Positions 10,499 to 23,180 of a stretch of 64,000 bases of DNA are shown here, in pieces. The notes beneath the pieces were generated by a model, which made no database searches, was not told the DNA's origin, and worked only from the letters and a program-made list of their open reading frames with translations. The DNA lies in NCBI GenBank assembly GCA_009103225.1, contig RHPI01003728.1, positions 7,719 through 71,718 on the forward strand, given 5' to 3'. Source of the DNA: Chlorokybus atmophyticus. Lineage: Eukaryota > Plantae > Mesostigma and Chlorokybus algae. A program made the position numbers and the translations under genes. Position 1 is the stretch's first letter. The number at the start of each line of letters is the position of its first letter.

Positions 10499-11689
10499 AT
10501 GAAAGAGAACTCGGTGCCCACCTCAAAGGGGGAAAGCTCGCAAAAAGAGCAATTATCCCGTGAGGAAGAATTTCCATCTATGGAGGATATTTCCAACCCG
10601 GATGATGCACCTGATGAGTCTCATGCTGCTAAGGTTGTGGATGGCTTGGTGGAACCAGAAGGGCCACCACCACCACCATCATTCGTGCAGCCTGAAATCT
10701 CAATTCGCTTGACAAAACTGGAGTTGATGGACCACTTTCTTGGCACCTATGATGAGGAGCCTCGTGAGGCAATTGTCTCGCTCGTCAACTTCCTGTTTCA
10801 TGTGGCGAAAAAGGTCTCAAAGCTTACCACCTTTATGGGGCGAGATTGGGAGGGATCGATGGGTGAAGGCAAACGTGTTCTGAACATGATCGAGCGCCTT
10901 CAACGCTCGAACAGTAGTCCACCTGTTCAGATGCTTGCTCTACCTGCCGAGCTTGTTCCCAACAAACAAGCGGCAATTTTCGACTGGCTCGTGAAGCTGA
11001 GACACTATGTCAACTCCCTTCACATTTTTAAGGAGGGGAAGTTGCGTGTAGCTGAGTTGCTAATCCCAAATGATGCTCTGGCAGAGTGGTACCGCCGTAA
11101 GCAACGGGATACGAACCTCGGGCGGGAAGTGAATCAGTTGTGCTCTTTTATGGAGCAGCGATATGGTGGCGCAGATCCTGCCCAGGTCGCTCGCAACCAG
11201 CTGCACAATCTGCGTCAGAACGGGCGTCCGGTTCAGCAGTGTATCCAGGACTTCCAGTCTTTTGTCAGTAAGATCAATGCTGGCAAACTACCCATCAGTG
11301 ATGCTGATCAGCTGGATATGTTCAGGCATGGCTTGGACACAGATCTCGTACAGCATGTGGCCGTCAACCCCGCGAGTTTGCAAGAGTGGGCCTCGACGGA
11401 TTTGCCAATGCTGATGCAGATGGTTGCTGCTGTGGACAGTACGAAGCACTTTCACGCAAACATGCAAACCACAGCAAAAGATGCAGCCTCGGCTTCAGCT
11501 GCAAAGCGCCCGGCCATTGACAACAAACCTTTTGTGAAAAAGGCGAAAACATCTCAGCCTGCTGGCCCCTACAACGCGGCCAAATCCACCATCACTTGCA
11601 ACTTCTGCAAGGAGACAGGTCATGGGGAGGCCAAGTGCTATGCAAAGCAGAATGCACAGAAGGCCAAGCAACAGAAGGACAAGAAATAG
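10499..11689 (+). CDS. gag: Gag (396 aa, intact ORF) with CCHC zinc knuckle
   Basis: CNFCKETGHGEAKC (CX2CX4HX4C); retrotransposon-gag-like LHNLRQNGRPVQQCIQDFQ segment. Confidence 0.92.
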   Translation: MKENSVPTSKGESSQKEQLSREEEFPSMEDISNPDDAPDESHAAKVVDGLVEPEGPPPPPSFVQPEISIRLTKLELMDHFLGTYDEEPREAIVSLVNFLFHVAKKVSKLTTFMGRDWEGSMGEGKRVLNMIERLQRSNSSPPVQMLALPAELVPNKQAAIFDWLVKLRHYVNSLHIFKEGKLRVAELLIPNDALAEWYRRKQRDTNLGREVNQLCSFMEQRYGGADPAQVARNQLHNLRQNGRPVQQCIQDFQSFVSKINAGKLPISDADQLDMFRHGLDTDLVQHVAVNPASLQEWASTDLPMLMQMVAAVDSTKHFHANMQTTAKDAASASAAKRPAIDNKPFVKKAKTSQPAGPYNAAKSTITCNFCKETGHGEAKCYAKQNAQKAKQQKDKK

Positions 11690-14600
11690 GAATTGTCCGT
11701 AGTCGGTAGCTTAGTCGAGCAGAACAACTTTAAAAACTCTGTACTTCTTAATAAAATTTTCTCTCTTTGTGATGTATCAGATGTATGGACTGATATGAGC
11801 ACACCACCTGTGTTAACAAATGCAAACGGTTGTGTTTTAATCAATGTTCCATTCTTTGAATTGGTAGCTGCTGTTAAGCACTTACACGAGTTGCAATTAC
11901 AACATGCTGTCACTGCATGTGTAGTTATCCCTCGATATCATGGCCCGTGGTCGCGATTGTTAAGAGGGGGAGAAGTAATTATGCAACTCTCACGCAAAGA
12001 TACAAGAACTTTACCGTTACAAGTGATCTTCATCAAGCCTGCTACCAATCACGGCACTCCGACAGTAGCTACATTTGATGGTCACTCAATGCCACTCAAA
12101 TGAAGATTTGAGAGTTAACTTATGGGCACACCATGTATAGCATTGATTGATACTGGTGCAAACCATAACTTTGTTGAACATGCTTGGGTGAAACGTAATA
12201 ACATACCTTTCACACCAGTCACGTCGTATGTACGTGCTGCTGGTTCCACCCTCAATGCAATTTGAAAGGTGAAGGGTGTTTTGTTATTAACAGCCACAAG
12301 ACTCGACCAGCTTTTAACGTGGTGGATATAGGTATCCCCGGGGTGGATGTTGTTTTGGGTGAACAGTGGCACACCAAAGCAGGTTTGCAATTGGACTCTC
12401 GAGCAAATACGTGCACCCTTCATAAGAGTAATCGTAAGGTGACGTTAACCGCACCTGTACTCGCGCGTGTTGCTCGCGACAATGTTCCGCTCTTCTCTGC
12501 TGTGCAACTGAAACGTTGCATGCGTAAACGTGAGGAAGTATATTTGATGCACTTACGACAGGTAGAGACACTTGTTGAACAGGCCGTAATTGACCCTCTG
12601 GTGCAATCACATACGGAACAATACGCAGATATATTTCAAGATGAACTCCCAGAGTTGCCTCCTGATAGAAACATACATTATACTATTTCGTTGGAAGAGG
12701 GGGCAAAGCCACCTTGGCGGCCTGCCTATAGGCTAAGTCCCTTAGAACAAGCAGAAATGAAAAACAGCTCAAAGAGTTATTGGACAAAGGTTTGATAACA
12801 AAGAGCATATCTCCTTTTGGTGCACCAATTTTGCTTGTGCCCAAAGAATGGCAAGCTACGCATGTGTATTGATTACCGTGCGTTGAACAAGGTAACTGTG
12901 AAAAACAGATACCCTTTGCCTTGGATTGATGATTTGTTTGATAAGCTGTCAGGTGCAACAGTTCAGCACACTGGATTTGACCAGTGGTTATCATCGGATC
13001 GAAATCCACCCATCAGATATACCAAAAACTGCATTTCGCACCCCACTATGACACTTTGAGTATAAAGTGTTACCATTTGGGTTAACAAATGCACCAGCTA
13101 CATTTCAGGCAGCAATGAACGCGGTTTTTGCTGATGAATTGTACAAGTTTGTACTGGTATATGTTGACGACATTGTTGTGTTCAGCAATACCCGGAAGGA
13201 ACACCACAAGCATGTGGAATTAGTTTTAGTTCTAGCTAAGTTACGCGAACACAAATTCTATGCCAACCTGTCCAAATGCAACTTTGCAAAAGATGACTAC
13301 CCTTTTTAAGGCATGTGATTGGCAAAGAAGGATTGAAACCAGATCCTAAAAAGGTGTGTGCGGTGAAGGATTGGCCACCACCCAAGGATGTACATCAATT
13401 AAATGCTTTCTTGGGGCTAGCCAAGTATTTTCGCAAGTTTATGCGAGCATATTCTAGCATGGCAAATCCTTTAACATCTTTACTGAAAAAGGACGTTAAA
13501 TTTTTGTGGACGGAGGCACACGAGGTTGCTTTTACATGCACTAAAGATGCATTAACACAAGCCCCTGTGTTAGCCTTCCCCGACCACACCAAGCCTTTTG
13601 TGGTGATCAATGATGCTTCCACTATTGGGTGTGGGGCAGTCCTTCTACAAGATGACAGACCATGTGCATATGAAAGCAGAAAGTTCATTCCTGCTGAACT
13701 AATTACACAACCACTGAGCAAGAATTGCTCGGGGTGGTGCACGCGTTGCGCACATGGCGTTGCTACTTAGAAGGTGTGGAGTTTTCCGTGATTACTAATC
13801 ACAACCCGGTCACATTCTTTCATACACAACGAAATCAAAATCTGGCAAGGCGGCAAGCTGGGTGGAATGAATTCATTTCTCGTTTCACTTTCACTTAGCA
13901 ATACCGTTCGGGTCGCACCATTGTGGCGGATCCATTAAGTCGTAGCCCTGCTCTTTTGGCACTTACGCGCTCTCGAAGTATGCGTAATGTACAACAGCCT
14001 GAAGATCCTTTCCTTAAGGAAGTGTCCACAGGTTATAACTCAGATGATTGGTTTAGCAGTCAAACCAACTTGCAACAGCTTACTGCTGTTAGCAATCTGT
14101 GGTATAAAGGGGAGCAGTTGGCAATTCCCAACTCGGGCGACTTGCGTAAGCAATGCTTACATTCAGTGCATGACCCGCCGTATGCTGGGCATTTGGGGAA
14201 ACACAAAACACTCAAAGCTGCGCAACAGTTATACTGGTGGCCGTCAATGTCAGCTGATGTGGATTAATAGGTTCGCATATGTGACGTGTGTCAACGTAAT
14301 AAGCCACTACGATAGAAACAAGCGGGATTGCTTAAACCATTGGTAATTCCAGAACAAAAGTGCGATAGTGTCAGTATGGATTTGATTACTAACCTATTTG
14401 AAACATCAGCCAAATACACTGCTATTGTGGTTTTTGTCGACCGTTTGACGAAAATGGTGCATTTTGCCCCGTGTTGCACAACTGTGAGTGCACGGGACTT
14501 TGCACATTTATTTCTGTCCACGATCTTTCGAGTTCATGGTGTACCGCGTGAACTTATCACAAATCGTGATCCTCGGTTTGTCTCCAGGTTTTGGAGAGAA

Positions 14601-15425
14601 GTCTGTGAATTGTTGGGGGTAAAACAAAGCATGTCGACTGCTTTCCACCCGCAAACGGACGGATAAACTGAGCGAGCAAATCAAATACTGGAAGAAATGC
14701 TTCGCCACTATGTGGCTCCTAACCATGCTGATTGGGACAGGTACTTGCCAATGGCAGAGTTCGCTGTGAACAACGCGTGGCAGGAAAGTGTAAAGGAAAC
14801 CCCATTTTTCTTGAATTATGGGATTCGCCCGAACACACCAGCGTCATTGCATGTACCTCGCAATGCCCTGACTGTACCAGCGGCAAAGGAATTTGCCATT
14901 GATATGCAAGAAAATTTGGCTCGAGCCAAGCTGTGTCTATCAGAAGCACAGGACAGGCAAAAAGCTTATGCTGATACACATCGAAGAATGGCCACTTTCG
15001 ATGTCGGCGATGAAGTTTGGCTTAACGCAAAGAACATAACCATCAAAGGTACGGGTGCTCGCAAGTTGTCGCCCCGATGGTTGGGTCCTTTCTCTATCAC
15101 TGATAGAGTTGGTACGCACGCTTATAGGCTGCAATTGCCCCCAAGTGTGCATATACACAACGTGTTCCATGTGAACTTGTTGAAACCTTACCGCTCAGAC
15201 GGTAGAACACAGCCTCCACCACCGCCAGTTGAGGTGGACAGCGAGCTCGAATACGAGGTGGAAGCTATATTAAAGCATACGCTAAATAGTCGAGGACGCG
15301 TAACTCGATATTTGGTGAAATGGAAAGGGTATGGCCCAGAACATAACAGTTGGGAGCCCGACAGGCATCTTACGCACTGCCGCGAGTTGCTTCGAGCTTA
15401 TTGGGATTTACGTCCTGTCCCATAA
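11690..15425 (+). pseudogene. pol: Pol with stops and frameshifts: MTase-like spacer, aspartic protease, RT, RNase H, integrase, chromodomain
   Basis: ALIDTGANHNFV (12149, in gag frame); [12 protein letters not shown]; VYVDDI; HDPPYAGHLG and CDVCQR (integrase HHCC); SMDLIT; PRWLGPF; EYEVEAILKH...YLVKWKGYGPEHNSWEP. Several in-frame TGA/TAA codons. Confidence 0.93.
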
Positions 15426-15572
15426 ACTGTGGGCTTGGTTTTATGACAGACTGACAGTGCAGTTTCATTACCACCCTGTCATTTCCTACTATCTCACTAG
15501 TTACAATTACTCGAAATCAAGCCTGATCAACTTGAGTTTAACGAGGACGTTGAAAACCTAAGTGGGGGGGAA

Positions 15573-16099
15573 TGTAACAGGAGCAATAATATTAGCGGTA
15601 TTATTGCTACCTAAATAACACATTCTGTATGAATAAGTATTTTAATATGCTTATTTATACCTCTTTTCTACGGTTCCTCGCTTATCAAAGGCTATGCTGC
15701 TTTATCATAGCTTAAATAAGTCCCAATGGGTGTAGAACCGCTTATTCAAGCCTATTTAGTGTCACATTCAATATAATGTGGTCACTATCTCATTAGGTAC
15801 CTTACGATAGGTGTCTTTCGATAGATACGGTATCGATAGGTACCTTATCTGAGCTGTGATTGGCTCACGCTAGTTTTCCAAACTACCCTATCTGTAGGGT
15901 CGATGTCCAATTGTGAGTTAATTATCGAGAGGTATATATTTGATATACTCTTGATATAAAAGGTCACATCAAACTGATGTGAGGGACTTTTAGTTCTCTG
16001 CTCAGAGGCGGCCACGCCGTTGAAACGCTTGTCATAGGCGCTGTGGGTGTTGGGGTAGAGGATTGAAAGGGCATCACCGGCGACGGTGGTGCTGTTACA
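15573..16099 (+). repeat. 3' LTR
   Basis: Follows the PPT; followed by TSD CACAA. Confidence 0.97.
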
Positions 16100-19000
16100 C
16101 ACAAAGTGGTAGTCACGCCTTGTAACCACCTGCTGCTCTTCAACCTGGCACATAGGATGTTTGAGGCCAACAAGACCTCGCCACCTATTAGTATAATATG
16201 CGCTGACCTGACAGCACAGGCTGCCTTTATCCACCCTCGGATACATCAACGTAGGCAGTACTCTTGCTGTTCTAGCAACTATGCACTTGACATAAACCAG
16301 GCCTGTACTTACTGGTTGACAGTCACTATTGACCAGTAAGGCAGTGCCTTGTGTAGCTGCTGTTCTTATGCACTGAGTACATAAGCACTGACTTTATAAG
16401 CACGTGTGCCAAGTGCTACACGCACATGACTATCCTATACGCAATCCTCACTTAGTTCCATTTACTTACCACGTAAGTAAGGAACTGAGAGTGACTTAAG
16501 CTAGTCCTTTCGACGTGACAATATGAAAGCATTGTCGGAAAAATGCAATTGGAAGTGCACGCGCGCAATTGTATCGCACACGTAAATGAAAGTCTTGTAT
16601 CACATGATTGTACCACATAATGCGATATATATATTACATGAGTTGATGCTTATTGATGTTCAATGCTAATCTTATCAAATGACATAACAAAAGCAAAGCG
16701 AAGATCAATGTACACCTGCAATAAATGTATATTATGCCATGTTAAATCTGTTGCGTAATGCACTTTGCAACAAGATCTTATTGAAAGTTGCATATATAAA
16801 TGATACATATGTGAAGTGTTTTTTTTTTGTGTAATTTTATGATTAAACGAGCGCTGACTTTAAACCGCAATAGCGCACCTTGTTTGTGCTATTGTAGATT
16901 AAAACTAAGTTTGATAGCCGCAGCTAATCCAATCCAAGACTTTCTTATACAAAACAGTCATTAACGTCACACATTCAGCTTATGCAATTACAACATAACA
17001 GCAAAACAAGAAATGTACACATGCCTGTATGAAAGACTTAAAAAGATGTTGAGTTGCTTCTTGCAAGAGCCTTCTACATTATGTACATGTAAACACGAGT
17101 AAGTCTTAATACTTGGTAATCAGCATGTCACAAGACTTATCATTGGTTATTTATTATCAATGTCAAGTTACACTAGGGTAGAGTTGCCCCGTTTGACCAC
17201 TCGCCCTTATTTGGCCAATAACGGTTTTATGAAGGTTTTATGCAAGGGCAAGCACTTGGGGCAGTGGTTTTTGGGTGTAAAATATTATTGATCGAGGCCT
17301 ACCTATCACAAAATAGTTATTGAAATTGAGCAAGAATAGCAGCCAGAGTAAGTTTTTAAAAACAGCGTCTTGAAAAGCACAGATTAAGGTTTGGCAGCTA
17401 ACCCTAAGTTACAACACGCCCGTGCTTCACTGGCTATAGTTTCCGCGATACTTGCCTAGATATATAATTGACAGTTTGTTTGTCAAAAAATTTATAAGAA
17501 AAACTAGCCACTATCAAAGTTTGGGCAATTTGGCGCGGCTAATGACAAGTTGTAAGTTCTCAAATACAAAGTGGTTTGTTTAGGGTAAACGTGTTATTGG
17601 CCAAACCTACTTTGACACATTATAACTTTCTCCATAATCCGTTTGTTAAGATATGAATAATACCGCCGCGTAGCTTAACTTTAGAGCTACCAATAATATC
17701 TACACTTCACCGCCATTTACTGTACACAGCGCCCACGGCAACCCTAAACCTTAAACATTGGCATAAATGCGCCAAATAGGGCACCTTTACCCTGTTGTAA
17801 TTAAACAAATCATTATGCACCAAACATCAAGCACAGCAAAGTATGACAGATCTGCATGTCGTGTGCAACATTTTGTGACAGATCTGTCCACACATATGAT
17901 TAACAAATATTGGACGTCGGCTGTGGTAGCTCGATCCGGACCGTCGGCCACAGGCATGATATCAGTCGTGTCGCGCCTTTGCTGACCTAATATGGCGATA
18001 AGTCATGACATTGCTCTGGCAAAAGCGATGTCACGAGCTGTTGTGATATCATGGCTTCTGACGCGTTGTCAGGCAGTCATCGTTGTAAACGCAAACGATG
18101 ACTACAACGATAGATCCAAGATGCTGCTGTCTAAGGCCGTGTGCAATCTATTAGGCTAAGGCTCGAGGCTGCGAGTGCAAACTCTCAGATGTAAGGTGTA
18201 GATTGTTAATTAAGGCAAAAATACATCGTACATTAAGCCATTGAAATTAATAAATTTGAGGCAGTCAGCATAACACGAGGTTAAATGAATGCTGCAAAAA
18301 TTCTTCACTCGTGAGATAGTGAATCAACTTTCGTACCTTATAAACTCACCACACAACATGCAGCACAAGCATACAAGAGTGAGTGGTACTGCTGAACGAA
18401 TATGTCTAAGCATGCAACACAAATTATGACCCACCACCACCCGGCTTGCATTATATGTGCAAACCACGTCACACTTACAGCGTCCAAGATGCTTGAAAGT
18501 GCACAAAAGCACAACAAAGTCACTGAATGTAGCTAGCTCATTTCTTCTGAGGACGAGGTCTCTGGTGCACACGCCGAGTAGTCGGCAATAGCAACTCCAG
18601 CGCCAGAGACAGCACGAGCAGAAGGTCCAGCTGCAGCTGCAGTTGTAGTGGCCATGCTCGGAACAGGTGCATGCAAAAAAGCAAGTGCAACAGCTAAGCC
18701 AGTGATATGGCTGGAGCGGATTGCGCGTGTGGCTGCAAGTACAACATCAAGAGTATGACCAGTCAAGTAAACTGAACCGTCAAGCTCAATTAAACACGTC
18801 ATACGCGCGTACGGGCAAGCGCACATGTTGTTACGCACCTGCGTAACGGGGGATGAAAGAAGCAGGAGGCACGGCTGGCGGGACGTACAGCATATGAGGA
18901 GGCAATTGAGGCCGAGGGATGGGAGCAGAGATCAAGCGCTGCACATGTATCATTGTGAGAGATCGGATGGCGCAGCGGGCTGCAGGTGTGAGTGAACAAC

Positions 19001-19303
19001 AGCACCATCGAATGAGGCATTAGAGTTCTCGTTGTCGAAGACGGACGGCGCTGGCTCGCTTGAAACACGCGAATCGACTGCAACGACACCATACGTCAAC
19101 AATGCAAAGTAGCAAAACACAACCAAAATACATAAATAACAACATAGAGTAAACCACAACATACCGCGATATGGAGTGCACAGGTGAGGCTGGTTTGGAA
19201 TGCGGTGCAACAAAACATTTCAACAAGATTGAATACCTGATTGCCAAGCAAGCAACCAACCTGAAAAGTGGGATAGAAACAGGGGGGGAGGGGGAGCAGC
19301 AAG

Positions 19304-19950
19304 NNNNNNNNNNNNNNNNNNNNNNNNNNNNNNNNNNNNNNNNNNNNNNNNNNNNNNNNNNNNNNNNNNNNNNNNNNNNNNNNNNNNNNNNNNNNNNNNN
19401 NNNNNNNNNNNNNNNNNNNNNNNNNNNNNNNNNNNNNNNNNNNNNNNNNNNNNNNNNNNNNNNNNNNNNNNNNNNNNNNNNNNNNNNNNNNNNNNNNNNN
19501 NNNNNNNNNNNNNNNNNNNNNNNNNNNNNNNNNNNNNNNNNNNNNNNNNNNNNNNNNNNNNNNNNNNNNNNNNNNNNNNNNNNNNNNNNNNNNNNNNNNN
19601 NNNNNNNNNNNNNNNNNNNNNNNNNNNNNNNNNNNNNNNNNNNNNNNNNNNNNNNNNNNNNNNNNNNNNNNNNNNNNNNNNNNNNNNNNNNNNNNNNNNN
19701 NNNNNNNNNNNNNNNNNNNNNNNNNNNNNNNNNNNNNNNNNNNNNNNNNNNNNNNNNNNNNNNNNNNNNNNNNNNNNNNNNNNNNNNNNNNNNNNNNNNN
19801 NNNNNNNNNNNNNNNNNNNNNNNNNNNNNNNNNNNNNNNNNNNNNNNNNNNNNNNNNNNNNNNNNNNNNNNNNNNNNNNNNNNNNNNNNNNNNNNNNNNN
19901 NNNNNNNNNNNNNNNNNNNNNNNNNNNNNNNNNNNNNNNNNNNNNNNNNN
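19304..19950. other. Assembly gap (N run)
   Basis: 647 N, flanked by G-rich sequence. Confidence 1.
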
Positions 19951-20139
19951 GGGGGAGAAACGCATGTAATAAAACAAAACCACATGCAGAATTAAAGAAG
20001 AACCTGGCTCCCATAATCCTAGGGGAATGGAGGGATCGTCGACAGCAAGCTCGGAAACAACATCAGCCCAGCATGCATCATCATCAGTAGCAAATGGCAA
20101 ACAAACAGCAGCAGATTAAAGCTTGCTATTGCTACTGCT

Positions 20140-23100
20140 ATTCACGTCGTCCGGAGAGGATGCTGTGGATGACAGCATTCGTCCTGAGCACCTCACTAGC
20201 TGATCTTTTGAAACACAATACACAAGAATTAAACATGTTTGATTGAAACAAAACAAGTAATTACACTTACACTTTGTAGTTCACGAGTTCGGCGAGTGAG
20301 CGGTGGCCGGACAAGTCCATAATGGCCGAGGAATCAATCCCTGCTTCGTACAACGCACTGATGGCAGTGGACCAGATGGCGCCGTGATTTGTGTACCGTG
20401 GTAGGCCGGTCTTCTCGCAGATTTCGGGCACAATCTATGCAATAGTCTTCACGCCTATTGGGACATCTTTAATTCTGCAAGGTTCATTAGTTAGCAAGCA
20501 AACAAGTAACACGCAAGCATGCAAGCGGGAAACAGAGGCAATGTACTTCTCTGTAGGCTGATTGCAGCCGAAGACAGCATTGCACATGAACCGCGTTGTG
20601 GTCACACCACACAGTTGACGAAGCTTGATGTAGTTGACGACAGCAGTGCAGGCGCAAAACTCGGGATCATCGACATCTGCAAGAATGGTCTGAGAGAGCC
20701 TCTAAACGCGCGGATTGCGCAATGTGACCGTGTGGTTCTTGTCAAGATGCCACGGGGTGTACACAACTCTGAAACCCGGATGGTTTGCATCCACGAACGG
20801 CTTGCCTACATCAAGCACTTGAATTTCGGAGATATCCAGAGTTTTGAGGAGCTGAGTTGTTACGCCTATAAGGCTGGCTAAAGTCATTCTCTGTTCCTTA
20901 CTTATGTAAGTAAGATGAGACCGGGCGCGTTGTCCATGTCATAAGCATGTGTAGTGCTTGTGGCGTGGCTCTCGCGTGGTCTGCTCTCGAGCCTATGAGG
21001 CCTTGGATGAGATAAACTACACAAGGAATTGCATATCAGCAAGCACAGAGCTGGTTGGTACCATTGAGACATGGCCATGTGAGCCATGTGTCCGCATGTG
21101 TGTGCATATGTTTGCATGTGCATATGTCCGCATATGAGTGCATATGTGAGGATATGAGGTACGTACTAGATGTATGCATTTGTATGCATGCATGCGCATA
21201 TGTGTGCATATGCGCGCATATGTAGGCATAGGGATGCATATGTATGCATGTGTGTGATGGTCTAGGCTGATATGACCAGCCCAGGACGTTCACATTGCCC
21301 AAGAGTGATGTTGTAATGTCCAAGGCTGATGTGACCAGCCAAGGACGTTCACAATGTCCGAGGCTGATGTGTGATTAGACTTGGACATTAAACAAGAGGT
21401 CCAAGGGCTGATGTGGCAGCCCTGGACATGAGTTGCGGTCAATGCAGCTATGACAAGGCAAGTAGCCTTGGACTTGGATGTTCTAGGTCGGAGAGCAGCA
21501 AAGAGGGGGTATATGAACGGCCTCAATAAGTGTTGAAGGGGCTCAGCATGTGCATACTCGACTCTTGCGTGTGGGGTGCTTAATTTAGTTGTTTAAGGGG
21601 CTCTCCCTCTCATCCCATGTGGGGTGTGCTGCTTGTGGCAACTCTGCAAATGTGTGTGGGGTGTGCTTGAGTGTGCATGTGTGAGGAGCTGAGTAGGGAG
21701 GTTGGTGGCATCCTCTCCTTCCTTGGTGCGGTGCTGTGACTTCCCCTTCAAGGTACTGCACCGTGTGTTGCTGGTCGGGCTTTTGGAAGTAAGTCCTTGT
21801 GCTTGTATATAAGTTTGCCAAGCCGTCAAGCAAGTAAGTGAGTGGTATCGTTATATGAGTATTGCGTGAACAGAGTTGCATCATTAGTAGGTAGCCCACA
21901 CGACAGTTGTGCGCTTCGGCATTGGTCTCCCAGGTAGCAAGCCAAGGGGAGTTGCGGATGGTAAGCAAAGCATCCCAAGGCAGCTTGGCATGATGCTTGA
22001 CTTCTGCTTTTCCCGCAGCTGCCAGCTCGCGAATTTTGGCTATGCCCATGGCAATGACGGGCTTTTAGAATGGGTCATTGTTCTTGTCGATCATCTCAGC
22101 TGCACCAGGCAGCTGCTCGTTCTCAAGCTCTTGATATCCTGCAGGAGAGCAATTAGCAAGCAGAATCTGCGCATGCAAAGAGACATGCACACAGTCACAC
22201 CAACACAACAACCAGTAGCTTTACATCACACAACAAAAAATGAACACATGTAAGCACAAACATGCACAGAAGTCATCACATAAGGAAGTTACCTTGATAT
22301 AGCGGACGATGGAATCGACATAACCTTTGATGGTTCCTGTACTGTACTGCCTTTTCCATTAATTCGCTGCATGCTATGTATCTAACTCTCCATCACATCA
22401 CGCAGCTGCATGCGCTGCTCATTAGAGGCGCCTCGTCGAATGCAAAGATCCAGCAACCCATTAAGTCCATGACCCTCAAAGAACCTGAAACACAACGCAT
22501 AAGCCAACAGCAAAGCATCAGCACACAATTAGCAGATTAATAAACAGAAAACGAATCCGCTTGTTGAAATGGCGCAACGCGTTGTTAGTTGCGCGAATAG
22601 TGTAGGTATTCTCGCAAGCTGGCGTTTTTGCACCAGCTTGCCAATGGTCAGAAGGGGTGCCACAATACGAGGAGCAGCTGGTGCAAAAGCAGAGGGCTTT
22701 CTCTTTTTGCATGGACGATCAGTGGCAACATCACGAAGGGGTGGCCGCGAAGGGAACAGAGCGCGAGGGACCACTTGCACGTGGCCACCAGCAAGAGCAG
22801 AGACAGCACTTGCCAAAGGCTGTACACAATTGCAAACATATCATAGATAGTGTGAGAGCAAGCGGATTGAATGGCACACACGCATAAACAAACATGCACA
22901 TACAAAAATGTACCCGAAGAGGGTCAGGGGTTGAAGGGTGAGCTACAAAAGCTTATATAGCAGGCGCGGATCTCTTCGACCTTGTCCTCTTCAGACATAA
23001 ACAAAGCAGGTTGAAGCAGGTCACGCTGAGCAGGTTGGGCTGTCGCTGAACATCCGGTGCAGCTTGCTCTTGCTGTTGCTGTTGTTGTTGTGGTCTCCAA

Positions 23101-23180
23101 TACTGCTCCTTATTGTCAAATGAGCCACCAAAATGCTGACCATCAGCTCGGCCATCCATTTTGTTAAACTCAACCTGCAA
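20140..23180 (-). pseudogene. Intron-containing tyrosine recombinase of the Crypton/DUF3504 type, with stops and frameshifts
   Basis: Manual translation in order: ENTYTIRATNNALRHF; GKRQYSTGTIKGYVDSIVRYIK; IDKNNDPF*KPVIAMGIAKIRELAAAG; GYLLMMQLCSRNT; LDKNH; VDDPEFCACTAVVNY; DVPIGVKTIA*IVPEICEKTGLPRYTNHGAIWSTAISALYEAGIDSSAIMDLSGHRSLAELVNYK. Confidence 0.8.
21060..21485. repeat. Low-complexity (GCATATGT-like) run followed by a degenerate short tandem repeat (CCAAGGCTGATGTGACCAGCC core)
   Basis: Direct reading; lies within a long YR intron. Confidence 0.75.

Larger units (their letters stand above)
9093..16099 (+). mobile_element. Full-length, decayed Ty3/Gypsy chromovirus LTR retrotransposon (7007 bp)
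   Basis: Two 527-bp LTRs (TGTAAC...GTTACA); 5-bp TSD CACAA at 9088-9092 and 16100-16104; PBS-like TGGTATCCAGGAGC at 9621; PPT AAGTGGGGGGGAA at 15560-15572; order gag-PR-RT-RH-IN-chromodomain. Confidence 0.97.

Noticed and set aside
17210-17605. MITE bounded by the 13-bp inverted repeat TTTGGCCAATAAC
   Set aside because: The match does not extend and no TSD was found.
19020-20100. ORFs of 264-334 aa
   Set aside because: Artefacts of reading through the N gap; the same applies to ORFs over the gaps at 26722-26903 and 48038-48197.
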